Source: Paraspadella gotoi (lineage: Eukaryota > Animalia > Chaetognatha). From it: a stretch of DNA of 63,243 bases. The stretch lies in contig JBJCIZ010000373.1 of NCBI GenBank assembly GCA_051294375.1, positions 1-63,243 of the forward strand, written 5' to 3'. The notes beneath the pieces were generated by a model. The model saw only the letters and a program-made list of their open reading frames with translations. It was not told where the DNA came from and searched no databases. Shown here one piece after another: positions 1 to 11,475 of the stretch (positions within the stretch are counted from its first letter, which is position 1; every line of letters starts with the position of its first letter). Both the position numbers and the translations under genes were made by a program.

Positions 1-5
1 ATTGC

Positions 6-37
<32 letters not shown>

Positions 38-703
38 CAGTAAAATTAGCCTGGCAAGCTTCCTATGGGACGGGTTGGAATATCTTTACAAAACCTTGGG
101 AATATTACCTTGGTACCAAAATAAGAGATTTGAGATAGAACGATTTTTTGCCTACAAAGCCCAAAGGTTCGTAATAAAAATCGGGTTACTTCAATATTAA
201 TTTAATGGGTAAATGACTAAATATGGTTATAAAAGTTTAGGCTTTAACGATCCAGCAGCCTCATGGTTTGCGCGTGGTTTGCTGATGGAGTAGCTTCATT
301 AACTAGTATAAAAGCGGCCTCAAGCGCTATCTTTGCTCACTCCTCTCTCCCTCATCTCTGCTCAAAGCTCCTGCCTCTCACACGGTAAGTGACCACAAAC
401 CGTACATTCTCTATTTACAATAATCTATGAGCTAGAAGATATTCACGACTCTAATGGTTCACGTTGCTCATAATTAGACTATCTATATATCTACTTTAAA
501 CTATCTGGTGGCAGCGTAATAGATTAATCAATTTACAAATATATGTAAACATAGATTTTGTAGATTGAGGAGGCGGTGAGTGTGTCATAACCGTTCTCTT
601 TTTTTCTCCAATCTTAATCCCCGTTCGCTGCGCCAAAAAACTCAAATCAAATCAATCGCGCGCGACATTTAAAGAAACCAATCCGAAAACCATCATCACC
701 ATC

Positions 704-1402
704 ATGGATCTGGCTTGGGGGAGCATTGAAGACAAAACGGAAATGGACGGCCGACTGTCCCCACCACCGTCGGTCTCGCACAAAGACGCACAGGCAAGCC
801 AAAGCGTGATCGTGCAAGATGATGTCAAAGATCAAGCGGGTCAAGCAGCATCAAGGGGCGAGCGCGCCGTGCAACGCGGCGATGGCGCCGAATCGAGTGG
901 CTACGTGACGAAAGGAGCTTGCGGAGGCGGCGGCCGCCAAGTGGTGGCGCCGGTCGAGCGTCTGCATCGACAGGTGGCGGGGTTGGAAAAGGCTGCATCG
1001 GGTGGCGAGCGCGCCACTAAATGCGACGAGCGCGCTGTTGAACGCGGCAATCGCACCAGAGAACACGGCGATGGCGCCGCATCGGGCAGTTTCATGGCGA
1101 GAGGACCTTGCATCGATGGAGGTCAAGTGAGTGTCAACAAACGTCTCTTCAGAAGATCGTCCCTCCCGGGAGTTGCGACGAGTCAGGACCACGTCGGTGC
1201 TGCAGGGACGAAAGCAGCGCCGACGCCGGCACCCTCTTCACGACAGTTTTCGACGTCGGCGGCGTCGTCAGGGCGGCGACGCATGGGCTGGTTTTCACGG
1301 CTGTTCAGCAGAGACACGGAAACACCAAAACAAATGAAAGTAAGCGGTGGCGTCGAGCTTCTGGTTGGGGACGAGATCTTTAAAACTAGAGACATTATAT
1401 AG
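704..1402 (+). CDS. Unknown 232-aa G/A/R/S-rich protein with an internal imperfect repeat
   Basis: ATG-initiated ORF in a GC-richer island. Upstream TATAAAA (~307) and GTAAGT/GTGAGT donor-like sites (~385, ~576). Repeated 'ERAVxRG..GDGA.SG...G.C..G.QV' block. No family recognised. Confidence 0.4.
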   Translation: MDLAWGSIEDKTEMDGRLSPPPSVSHKDAQASQSVIVQDDVKDQAGQAASRGERAVQRGDGAESSGYVTKGACGGGGRQVVAPVERLHRQVAGLEKAASGGERATKCDERAVERGNRTREHGDGAASGSFMARGPCIDGGQVSVNKRLFRRSSLPGVATSQDHVGAAGTKAAPTPAPSSRQFSTSAASSGRRRMGWFSRLFSRDTETPKQMKVSGGVELLVGDEIFKTRDII

Positions 1403-3442
1403 ATATGTCGCTTCGCGAAGAAAAAAAATTCGAGCGATCGAAATTTTTTTCAGCTTTTTTTGGTTCATGACGAAAGTTGCACCAGTAGCGCTTTAAATAC
1501 TTGACAACTACGAATGGTTTTTGATAGTACATGGTTTTTAGTATCTAAAGCCGGTGGAACAACATAAATCCAGAAATAGTTTAGTAGTATTTAAAGCCAT
1601 TTAAAACGATTACTCCGCGAGCGGTTTTCCTTTGATTTGTCTCTTTTTCGTACTTTACTGTAAATCCCAAGGAATATTTTTAAATTTATTACAAGTTACC
1701 TAATCTAAGACAATCGTTGAACTCATTTCTAATGAAAAAAAAGCTATAAATAATGGTCCTGGTACCAAATATGAGCATTTTAAAACTGGTTGTCTACTCG
1801 ACAGTCCGTTCATAGCTATATTTTACAATATTTGCCACCTGATCCGTAACAAATAAATTAAAAAGTGTTATTAGTATTTGAACCTCTAACGTCCTATAGG
1901 TATCTTCCTTTGCGGGAACAAAGAAAATTGGTAAGGCGCTGATACTAAAAAGAGACTCGTCACAATACATTATATTTAGTTTAGTGTCTTGCCAAGCGGT
2001 CTAAGCAATTTTGCTTGTTAAAAATTATCTAATAAAAAGTCCTAAACCAACTTTTAGTAAGAGGCTTTAATTTGCACCTGAAGACGAGTTAACTTACCAT
2101 TATTATTTGATATTGGATAGTTCATGTGTCTGAACTTTCCAAATCTGGGAACAAAGGCATAGTTTTCATGGTTTCATCGTGAAATTTATTATTTAATGGA
2201 GCTGGTTTCGCTGGTTTTTCGCTGTTTTTCGCCTGTTTTCGCTACTTGTCGCTCGTCGTGCTCGCTACGAGTCGCTCTCGAATTCTTACACCGCCTAATC
2301 ATCTAATGCGTGATCAGGTCCTCGTTCAAAACCAAATTTCTCGTGTTAATCGTGTCTCAATATCATTCTTGAGAACAGTTGCCATGGGAAATTTCTCGAA
2401 GACCCTCTTCATTCGCACGTGTTTTTTTATTTTTCATTTTTCCCTGCACGCCAAGGTCGCCGTGGCGCGACATCGACTTGTTGCAAAACGTGAAAAGGGT
2501 TACTTTTACTTTCGCCGACGCGGGTTAAGGAGTTAGAGTTAAGAGTCATTTTTGTGTTAGGGGTTTTTAGGGTTAAAAGGTTTTAAGGTTAGGTTATTTA
2601 GGTATATTGTTTATATTTTTTTTTTAAAAAAAGAAGTATTTTTCAATAATTTTCAATAAACGCCAAAACTCGCTGGTCGGCCGAACCCGTGAAAACATTT
2701 GGTGAGGAAAGTGAACACCGCTTCTATACAATCTACATTATATTTATTATTGTGGCGACGACGGTTTCGTCGCCATGGGGTTGACTCCAGCTGGCCACTA
2801 TGTTTGGTGGTCGGCAAGGGAGCCGGCTACTGATTCTCTCGTCTCTCTATCTCTCTTTTCTCTGCTCTCTCGTCTTCTTTCTTACCCGGTGCCCGTTTCT
2901 CTCTACTCAAGTCTCAATATTCGATCATACATGTACACATTCCTTGTTTACTGCCAATGAAATATATTATGTACCCCTACATTATTTTTGTCATTTTTTT
3001 GTTTTATAGAAAAATTGAGTTTTTGCTCTTATTTGTTCTGCAAATTCATTTATATTAAATTCAATTTATTTAAATTGACTTTATTCTCCCGATGTTATTT
3101 CATACGTTTTAACATATAATCCAATTTTATGAGGACCCGAACGCGCATTTTTAGTTTACTGTCTTCTCCGCTCGATCGTTCGCGGCTTAAATAAAAAGAA
3201 CAACAAAGCGAGCGCTAGTTCAAACGTTTAGTGGAACCAAAAAAATTATTTTTCGATCGCGAATCTGTTTTGCGAAGAGGGATGAAAAAACGGCGGGTTT
3301 TTGCCTGCCATTTCTAAACGCGTTGGCCGATTGACTTGAAATTTTGTATGCGCAATATTGACATCATTTCCTACCGATCGATATAAAAATATATAAGAAA
3401 ATGCCACGGACGGCGAAACTACATGCATATCTACTCTCTCTT

Positions 3443-3498
<56 letters not shown>

Positions 3499-4407
3499 AT
3501 ACTTAAATTCTTATCGGACTGTTTATTTCAATGCATTAGTAATAAAGAAAGACAAGTTTGAGCAAACAATGTCAGATTAATTAATAGGCAATTAATTAAT
3601 TAATTTGTTTTGAAAAGTTTGTTTTGACGACGACGACGACAATAAAGCCGAAAACGATTGATTAATTAATTGATTTATTGATTGATTAAAAAATTAATTA
3701 ATTGATAAATAAATTGATTGATTAAGTAATTAATAGATAAATAAATTGATTTATTGATTAATAAATTTATTGATTAATTATTTGATTAATTAATACATCT
3801 TGCATTTACATTTAATATAAAAGAAACATAATCAATTGGTGAAACAGGTTTTTTTGTTTTTTCTATTTACACTCATTTCTACTCAATCGATTCCATCGAA
3901 ACTTGATTTCCCGCTTAATCATACACTTTCCTACATACATATAACAATTCAAGTCAATTTCCCAATCCACTTATGAGTAAGTGCCGTTCAAATAGTGATA
4001 TATATTTTTTTGTTTTTATTTTTCATTTAAACTCAGTTCCACTTGCACGATTCCATCGAAACTTCATATCCAGCTCAATCACACATTTCCATACCCACAC
4101 ACAGACTATCATTCCAATCCATCCATCCAATCACGAGTAATTCGAGTTTTTTGGACGGAGGGACGCACATAATTTTTTTTGGCATAATTTATCATAATTC
4201 GACGTTCTGACATGATATAAGTGAGTGCCCGACAAGATTGATTGGGCGGACCGATGGACCGACAAAGTGAATTATTGACCAGTGGCTTAAACTGAACTGT
4301 TACTGTGGTACTTATATCATTTTGGTATTTGTAAAAATATTTTATAAATCATTAGGTTGTGGCAGCAAGACTTAAAGCTGCCTCACTGCTGTCCGTCCTC
4401 AGCCTCG

Positions 4408-4590
4408 TCTCAATGGCTGAGCAGGCTAAATCATCTCATTCCATCCGTGCGTCCCGGGTTCAATCCCTGGGTATCCCGGTTCTGGCTTAAATGTGACGGT
4501 TGGGAGGAGCTCGTGCTATATCTGGCGCCATAGGTGCTGCTGATTCTCGGGCGAGTAGTAGGGTATGAAATACTACCGCTACACTGTTCT
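4408..4590 (+). mobile_element. Possible tRNA-derived SINE head
   Basis: A-box-like TGGCTGAGCAGG (~4414) and B-box-like GGTTCAATCCC (~4457), without a complete cloverleaf. Confidence 0.35.
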
Positions 4591-5661
4591 TTTTTTCAGA
4601 AAAAAATATTAAAACCTATGGTAAATGTACTTAAACTAAATTGTATTGCTATTTTGTTTTTAAAATGCTCCTTTGTTTGTACAGCCATCTGGTTCATTAA
4701 GACTAAAACATGTCAAAAATTTCTATTTTGTGTAAAGCAATGCAAGTGAAGATCTAGTGGGTACAGACAGAAGAGAAAATTTCAATAGAATGTAAAAGGA
4801 AAATACTCATAGTAGTAGGACTAAGCTCTGACGAACAAAGCCCGAGGTTTTTTTAATATATTCTTATACCGGCCAAGGTAGAATGATGGCAATATTGTTA
4901 ATATTAAGTTTCAAAAAAATCCGACTATAAATATAGAAAATATTAACCAAAATCTTTGGAAAATTCACCCCTTCTTTGGAAGATTTTCGCCATAGAAGAT
5001 TTTTCCCGAATCTGACTCCCGGTTGAAAACTCTTAGAATTCCGATCGTTAGCTCCTCTTTTACTTTTACTTTAAATAAAAATTTCACCAAAATGGATTAA
5101 TTCACTTTACCATGATCGTATCATATCAAAATAACCTAATAAAATGTAAAAAAAATTTTGAGAGCCCTTCAGACACTTTGCCAAAGGATTCCAAAATTGA
5201 ACCTCATTTGTTGAACAGGAACATACCTCAGTCACGTTTATATCGTTTTCAAGGAAAAAAATCCCTTTCATTTCTATATAAAATCAGAGATGGAAAATTT
5301 TTTCGTTCAGAAACAGTCTATTTGTTCTGGCTTGTTTGATATCAAGATGTTGATGATTTGACAAGAGAAAAAAAATGCGAGCCCTTCAGATGCAACAGGA
5401 TCGGAATCAAGTGTTTTTACATCGATATTTTACCAGAATTTTTACCAGGAGCGTTTATATTGTTTGGTAGTCAGATTTGAACGAAAATCTCCATTGAAAA
5501 AGTCTTCCTCGATCTCTAAGAGCGACGTAGACTCCTAATAATAGAGAAAGTAAAAGTAGGAGAGAAGAAAAGTTAAGTAACCGGAAAAAAAATTGGAAAA
5601 AAAATTGTACAATTTATCCTCAAAATTTTACCTCAAAATTGTTTTTAAAAAATCACTAAAG

Positions 5662-6650
5662 TATTGTATTGTATTGTATTTATTCATACAGCGGGTCCGA
5701 GGATCATGGTCCACAGTGGTTTTACAAAATCCAAAGTAAATAACAAAAATACAAGCAAAAATACAATGAGTAGAACATCAGTTTAAACACTGAATACAAT
5801 AGAGTTTTTTTCCGAATTGAGAGGTAACTAAACGTGTTAACAATATAGATTGGACATAGTTCAATAATAAAAATCATCTGTGTTAAATTCTATTTCGTAT
5901 ATCACAGAATTTCGTAAAGGATGTTTAAGACGTAAACTTTGCAAAGAAAGCATATTAAAGTTTTCCGTTGCTATTCTGTAATTTTCTTTTCTCTTTCTGC
6001 AACGAAACTATTCCCGGTATCCTAATAGAAAGAAGACCAGTTCTACACAAAAATAATAAAAGCTACACAGTCTCATATATTAACGGAACATTACTTAAAA
6101 AGGCAATCGGACAATGTGATTTCCCAAATACAGGTATTTATTAATATCTTTGATATACTCCAGAAAGAGCGGAGACGAGTTCATTAACTAACAAATTGGG
6201 AATGTGCTCGTCTGCATATTCTAAATCGTAAGTCTCGTAGCCTAATGAATCTAAAACTATTTTATTAGACATCTTTCGTGGAACGTTTGTAATAGATTTT
6301 AGAAATTTATTTTCTATTGCTTCAAGTTTTAACCACTTTCCGTTAGACATAGAGCAAAAACATGACATACTATACTCTAATAATGATATCGCGAAAACTT
6401 GATACAATTCCAACATTAAGTTTATATCTAAATAATTATATTTAAATTTCAACTTTCGAAGTATGCCACAACGTTGTCGCATTTTCTTTTCTATAGTTTC
6501 TAAATGGTTACTCCATGTCATTTTATCATCAAAAGTTAAACCCCCAAAAAAACCCTTATTGTTTTAATTCCCACCCCGAATAATTCTAAATTTAGGGATG
6601 TTTCTAAAGTACGCCTTCGTCTCGAGAAAATTATTAACTGACACTCCGGT
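5662..6650 (-). mobile_element. 5'-truncated, decayed non-LTR retrotransposon (CR1/L2/Jockey-like): RT C-terminal region and 3' tail
   Basis: ORF 6141-6521 'TWSNHLETIEKKMRQRCGILRKLK..LELYQVFAISLLEYS..LEAIENKFLKSI' resembles a LINE RT thumb. The minus strand ends in AATAAA(TACAA)n at ~5662-5685. Confidence 0.7.
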
Positions 6651-7629
6651 GCCAGTTTAAGTGATTTACAAAAATCAATTGACTTTTGTTTCTTTCTCAA
6701 TCCCTAATTTACTTATGGTTATTACTAGCAGCGCTCTCTTGAGATTATTAAAAAGACAAAAGTAAAGAGCAGCATATGGTCTATACCTCGCCTTACGATT
6801 TACATAGTTTTTCTGAAAATTTAGTTTTATTTTTTCATTTATTTAATAAATTATTACCGAGTTGTTATTTTTTTTGCAAGCTAATAGTTCATGTTAATTA
6901 GCTGTGAAAATTGAAAAATAAATTGTTTCACTATACATTGTATAGTATAGGAATTAAATTTTTCAATAATTATAAGGAGCTAATAAAAAAATATAATGTT
7001 ACTGATGTTAACCTATTTTCAAAAAGATTATACATGATAGTTCCTAGTAAAAATGATAAGGAAAAAATAATAAAAATAAACCACTAAATAATAATTATAA
7101 TAATAACATCAACAATATTATTTAAATAACTTATTTAACTTATTTACTCTCTGATTTAATTTATTTTTTAACTTTTACCAATTAACTTAATGTTAACTTT
7201 ACATTAACATACCCTTGATTATTAACTTATTATTAAACTAATTATTTAACTTATTTTAATTATTTATAATTTACAAATTATTACAAAACCTTAATGAAAT
7301 TTCTCTAAAATTAATAATGCTGTGATGCAGGGCTTTGGTCTGTTTCAGATAAACATACAAATAAACTTTTGAAATATAAGATAAACAACAATGAGGATCA
7401 CCATTTGGTGATGGCTCGCCTATACCTGGATATTGGGATTAAAAAGCCGAAATCCATGAAGGGTATAGGTTCCCAACTGATGACCTTCCATTGTATAAAC
7501 ATAATATGATAACAAATATTCAAAAAAGAAATATTTAAAAAATAGGATAAAGAAAAATAAAATTTTCATTAAAGTATTTTACAATTATATTCATGACATA
7601 AAGGTGCCCCTATAGACCTTTCCCCAGTA

Positions 7630-8056
7630 TGTATTGGTAAGTCATCGGAAGGCCGCTGAGGTTGATTAGAGGCGTCCGATAGAGTTGACACATGTGATGT
7701 GATAGTTCTAAGATGATACAGTTCATCGCAGGGAAAGTCTCAACATTGGATTTCAAATTGATTGTTTCATTTTTGATTGTTGTTTAATCAGATTTGAGGT
7801 AAAGGTTTTTCTTTATCACTTAATGTATTCTTACTTTGAAAATATTAAGTAAAAACATTGTGAAAATATTGTAGAAGCAAGTTTATTTCATCAGGAGAAA
7901 AATCAGTCTGATCAATCTGAGGGCAATCAGTTTACAAGTAAACAATCAAATAATTCAGTTGGCGGCAAGGCCTCTTTTGTTAGCCAGACTAACAAAAGGA
8001 AAACAAAAGGCTTCAACTTGAATTCACAGAATAGTTCACTCAGATTGGCCGCAAGC
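7630..8056 (-). repeat. 3' LTR (~425 bp)
   Basis: Near-identical to 22548-22962 and to the reverse complement of 17965-18389. Confidence 0.9.
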
Positions 8057-8479
8057 CCCCCTGTTGGAATATATGGGCTAATAATATTTCAATAATATGT
8101 TTGTCGTCCATCGGAGTGAATGTATGAGTAAATAATTTAAAACGAAATATATACGGGTATATACAACAATTCAAATAGATTACTGACTGACTTTAACAAT
8201 TAAAATTTCAACATTCTAAAATTTCTAAAAATTCAAGAATAGAATATACAACATTAAAATAGGCAAAATATAGTCGCCAGTCGGCGCGGTTAACCTCAGG
8301 GTTTTGTTTATTTTTTTGTTTTTGTTGTTGTTGTCGTTTTCGTTCTTTTTGTCGACGAAGCATTTCTCTTAATACTATAGAGTACATCGGGCGATTGTTG
8401 TTGTTGTTTTCGTTGTCGTCGTTTTGTTGTTGTTGTGGTTAGTTCTTTTAATCCTTTTACTCGGGAATTCTCCGTTGGC

Positions 8480-10903
8480 TCATTTTCTTTCGCGAAGTTG
8501 TTGTTGTTGTGATTCGCTTTCTCTTGATTTGAGATTTGAGCTGGCGAGCGGAGAAGGCCGGGAGAATAAGAAGGTGGGAGCAAAAAGGGAGAGGGAGGTG
8601 GGATGGGTCGGGGGAAGCTGGGGGTGTTGGGGAGGGGGAGGAGGAGGAGGGGGATCGGCGCGCCGCGACATCGATCTCGTGGTCCTCGTCGTTGGAGCTG
8701 GGATTCTTGTTCGGATGCCTGGTGGGCGACCAGGAGGAAGAGGAGGAGGAGGAGGAGGAGCGGCGCGCTGCGCCATCGATCTCGTTGTCCTCGTTGTTGG
8801 GGCTGGGATTCTTGTTCGGATGCCTGGTGGGCGACCTGGGCGGCGTTGTGGGCGTGTCTGAGGGTCGTCAACGTCCAGATTATCCTCGCTGATCCACGCC
8901 GGCTTTACTCTGGCGATATTTACGACTTCTCGGCCTTTGCTCGGAATGTCGATCGTCATATTTAACCCATTTCGGCTAACCACTCGAAATGGGCCATCGT
9001 AAGGAGGGACGAGTGGTGGGTTGATGCCTCCTCTTCGCACAAAAACATGTCGAGCTGTCTCCAGGTTTGCAGGGAGGTGCACTGACGGTCGATGATGTGC
9101 CGAAGTTGCTGTTGGTTGGAGGCGCGCGATCTCGACGCGGAGGCTCGATAGTTGGTTTTGACGATGACGATTTAGAATAACTTCATCGTTTTGACTGTCG
9201 CCCAAGATGCTGCCTGGGACGCTGATTCCTTCGCCAAAAACCAGGTCAGCAGCTGAGGCTCCGATGTCCTCCTTTATTGTCGTCCTGATTGCTAAGAGGG
9301 TCATGGGCAGTTTCCAGAACCAATTCTCCCTGTCGTATCTCCCCAATGCCATGAGAGATTCCTTTAGGCGCCTGTGAAACCGTTCAACGAGGCCATTCGC
9401 CTGAGGGTGATAGGCAGTGGTTGTCTGGTGTTTTATTCCCCACTGTTGTGTCAATTGTCTCCATAGAGACGAAGTGAACTGAGTACCGCGATCTGTTGTG
9501 ATTACGGCTGGGACTCCGAATGTGCTAATCCATTCGTGGCTGAGGGCATCAAGTACTGTTGTCGTAAGAGTGTCTTTCAACGGGATCGCTGTTGGCCAGC
9601 GGGAGAATCGATCAACGATTGTTAAGAGGTGCTTGAATCCATTCGAGCTAGGCATCTTCACGAGGTCTAGATTGATATGCTGAAATCTCCTGGGCGGGAT
9701 CTTGAATTCACCAATCTCTGGGACTACGTGCCTTGTCACTTTTGCTTGTTGACATTCGATGCACTCTCTGGCCCAACGTGTGACGTCTTGTTTCATATTG
9801 GTCCATACGAATTTTGCTGACACCGCTTTTCGAGTTGCGTCTACTCCAGGGTGGCCAAGTCCATGGATGACGTCGAACACCCTACGTCGCCATGCTGCAG
9901 GGACGAAGGGTCGTGCTGGTCCATTTGACACATCTGTGAGTAGCTGCTCTTCACCGACTTGTATTTTCCTAAAATTCAGGCCCGACCTCGCGTCCTCGGA
10001 GATTCGCTGAAAGTCGGGGTCGAGGCTCTGCTCTCTGGCCATCTGTTCGAAGTCTATCGCGAAGGTCGTCAACGAAGCTATGACGGCTTGGACGTCCTCT
10101 AAGCTGTTGGATTTAATCGACTTCACCGCTTTTTCTGCAGGCAGCTCGATGGCCTGGGCGGGTGTGGTCGATTTGGTTGTCGAGACCTCCGGTTTGATCT
10201 GGAGTTTGTCCGGCTGTTGCAATGATGCTGCAGCTGCTGGCGACGAGTTGGGGCGAGAAAGGGCGTCTGCAACGACATTAGCTTTTCCTTTTAGATAGCG
10301 AATGTCGGTCGAGAATTCGGCGATTACCGATAGCTGGTAAGCTTGACGCGCTGTTTGAGGTTCGGACTTTTTCTTGAGGGCCGGAATGAGACTTTGGTGG
10401 TCAGTGTATATTGTAAAGCTTCTTCCCTCGATCCAGTGCCGGAAATGCCTGACTGCGCGGAAAATCCCGAAAAGCTCGCGATCAAATGGGGGCCAGAGTC
10501 TTTGGTTTTTTGCTAATTTGGCTGAAANNNNNNNNNNTGGCTCCCATCCTTTCGGTCCCCTCTGCTCGAGCACGGCCCCGACTGCGTGGTCGGAGGCATC
10601 CGTCGTAATGCATAATTGCGCGCCGGTTCGGGGGTGGTGGAGCAAGGCTGCCTGTATCAGGCCTTCTTTTATTGCCTCAAAAGCCTTTTCGCAGTCGTCA
10701 GTCCATCTGAGTGTCTTCGGTTTTCCACTGAGTGCCTCATAAAGCGGAGTACAACGATGTGCGACCTTCGGGATGAATCGACGGTAGTAATTGATCATCC
10801 CGAGGAATCTCTGGAGCTCCTTTATCGTTGTGGGCTTCGTTGTCTCCCGTAGAGTCTGTACTCGTTCCGGTAGAGGGCGTACGCCGTTCCTGTCGACGAG
10901 AAA
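8480..10903 (-). CDS. pol: Gypsy Pol, C-terminal part: RT connection, RNase H, integrase, Pro/Arg-rich tail
   Basis: LQRFLGMINYYRRFIP; RNase H TDAS...REL...YTDH...ADALSR; integrase H-x3-H...CxxC, NLDL, TDRGTQF, VERFHR; PY-type 'PPYDGPF'. Homology starts at FLVDRNG (~10903), not at the ORF ATG (11017). Confidence 0.95.
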   Translation of the reverse strand, partial: FLVDRNGVRPLPERVQTLRETTKPTTIKELQRFLGMINYYRRFIPKVAHRCTPLYEALSGKPKTLRWTDDCEKAFEAIKEGLIQAALLHHPRTGAQLCITTDASDHAVGAVLEQRGPKGWEPXXXXSAKLAKNQRLWPPFDRELFGIFRAVRHFRHWIEGRSFTIYTDHQSLIPALKKKSEPQTARQAYQLSVIAEFSTDIRYLKGKANVVADALSRPNSSPAAAASLQQPDKLQIKPEVSTTKSTTPAQAIELPAEKAVKSIKSNSLEDVQAVIASLTTFAIDFEQMAREQSLDPDFQRISEDARSGLNFRKIQVGEEQLLTDVSNGPARPFVPAAWRRRVFDVIHGLGHPGVDATRKAVSAKFVWTNMKQDVTRWARECIECQQAKVTRHVVPEIGEFKIPPRRFQHINLDLVKMPSSNGFKHLLTIVDRFSRWPTAIPLKDTLTTTVLDALSHEWISTFGVPAVITTDRGTQFTSSLWRQLTQQWGIKHQTTTAYHPQANGLVERFHRRLKESLMALGRYDRENWFWKLPMTLLAIRTTIKEDIGASAADLVFGEGISVPGSILGDSQNDEVILNRHRQNQLSSLRVEIARLQPTATSAHHRPSVHLPANLETARHVFVRRGGINPPLVPPYDGPFRVVSRNGLNMTIDIPSKGREVVNIARVKPAWISEDNLDVDDPQTRPQRRPGRPPGIRTRIPAPTTRTTRSMAQRAAPPPPPPLPPGRPPGIRTRIPAPTTRTTRSMSRRADPPPPPPPPQHPQLPPTHPTSLSLFAPTFLFSRPSPLASSNLKSRESESQQQQLRERK

Positions 10904-11235
10904 ACAAAAAAAGAGAGAAGAATACGGTTGATTCCTCTGCGCGATGGGACGTAAGGAATTAAAAAAACTATAACACATCATCGGGAAAGTTACATAAAAA
11001 TTTTCAATTTGTGACATAATTAGATCATATTTTGGATCTGAAAAAGTTAAAATGTTTTTTTTTTTTTTTTTTAACTGATATTGTTTTAAAAATGATCCTA
11101 ACGTCTCGCTAGGATCGGAGAGGAATCACGGACGGCCTATGAAAAAAATAATAAGTTTGTGAATATACGTCGTTTTTGTCTAAAATGCTTAAGATTATTG
11201 GTTATGTTAGATTATTATAATGATGTATCTGTTGG

Positions 11236-11475
11236 AAGTGACAGTCAATTATTGTTATGTGTTAGTGACAGAACCGTTCAAGATAAGCAAGTCCCGAAGC
11301 GTTCTGAATCAGGCTGTAACACCGTGTAAAGGAGGGTTAAGCTCTAACTGCTAGGGCGACCACCGGGCTAGAAACCGGGACCTTCGGGTTGGGAGACGAA
11401 GACTTGACTTCCGGCACAATGGCCGCTGATGAACGGTTGGTGGATTTAAGTCCAGCCATACCATCTTTTTTTTTT
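11236..11475 (+). other. Unidentified structured dispersed repeat / candidate ncRNA gene, copy 1
   Basis: Homologous to 23397-23645 and 23827-24020. Several hairpins, ending in a hairpin followed by oligo-T. Confidence 0.45.

Larger units (their letters stand above)
7630..10903 (-). mobile_element. Ty3/Gypsy LTR retrotransposon, 3' half (copy D: RT end, RNase H, integrase, PPT, 3' LTR)
   Basis: pol ORF plus an LTR at ~7630-8056 that matches 17965-18389. G-run polypurine tract on the minus strand at ~8057-8063. Confidence 0.93.

Noticed and set aside
8308-10852. Alternative-frame and antisense ORFs over Gypsy pol
   Set aside because: Shadows of a GC-richer coding strand and of trinucleotide repeats.
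10904-11017. N-terminal ~38 aa of the 845-aa ORF as part of Pol
   Set aside because: AT-rich flank that happens to be in frame; Pol homology starts at FLVDRNG.
11420-11440. Hammerhead ribozyme at CTGATGA (also ~23605)
   Set aside because: No stem II followed by GAAA in the required position.
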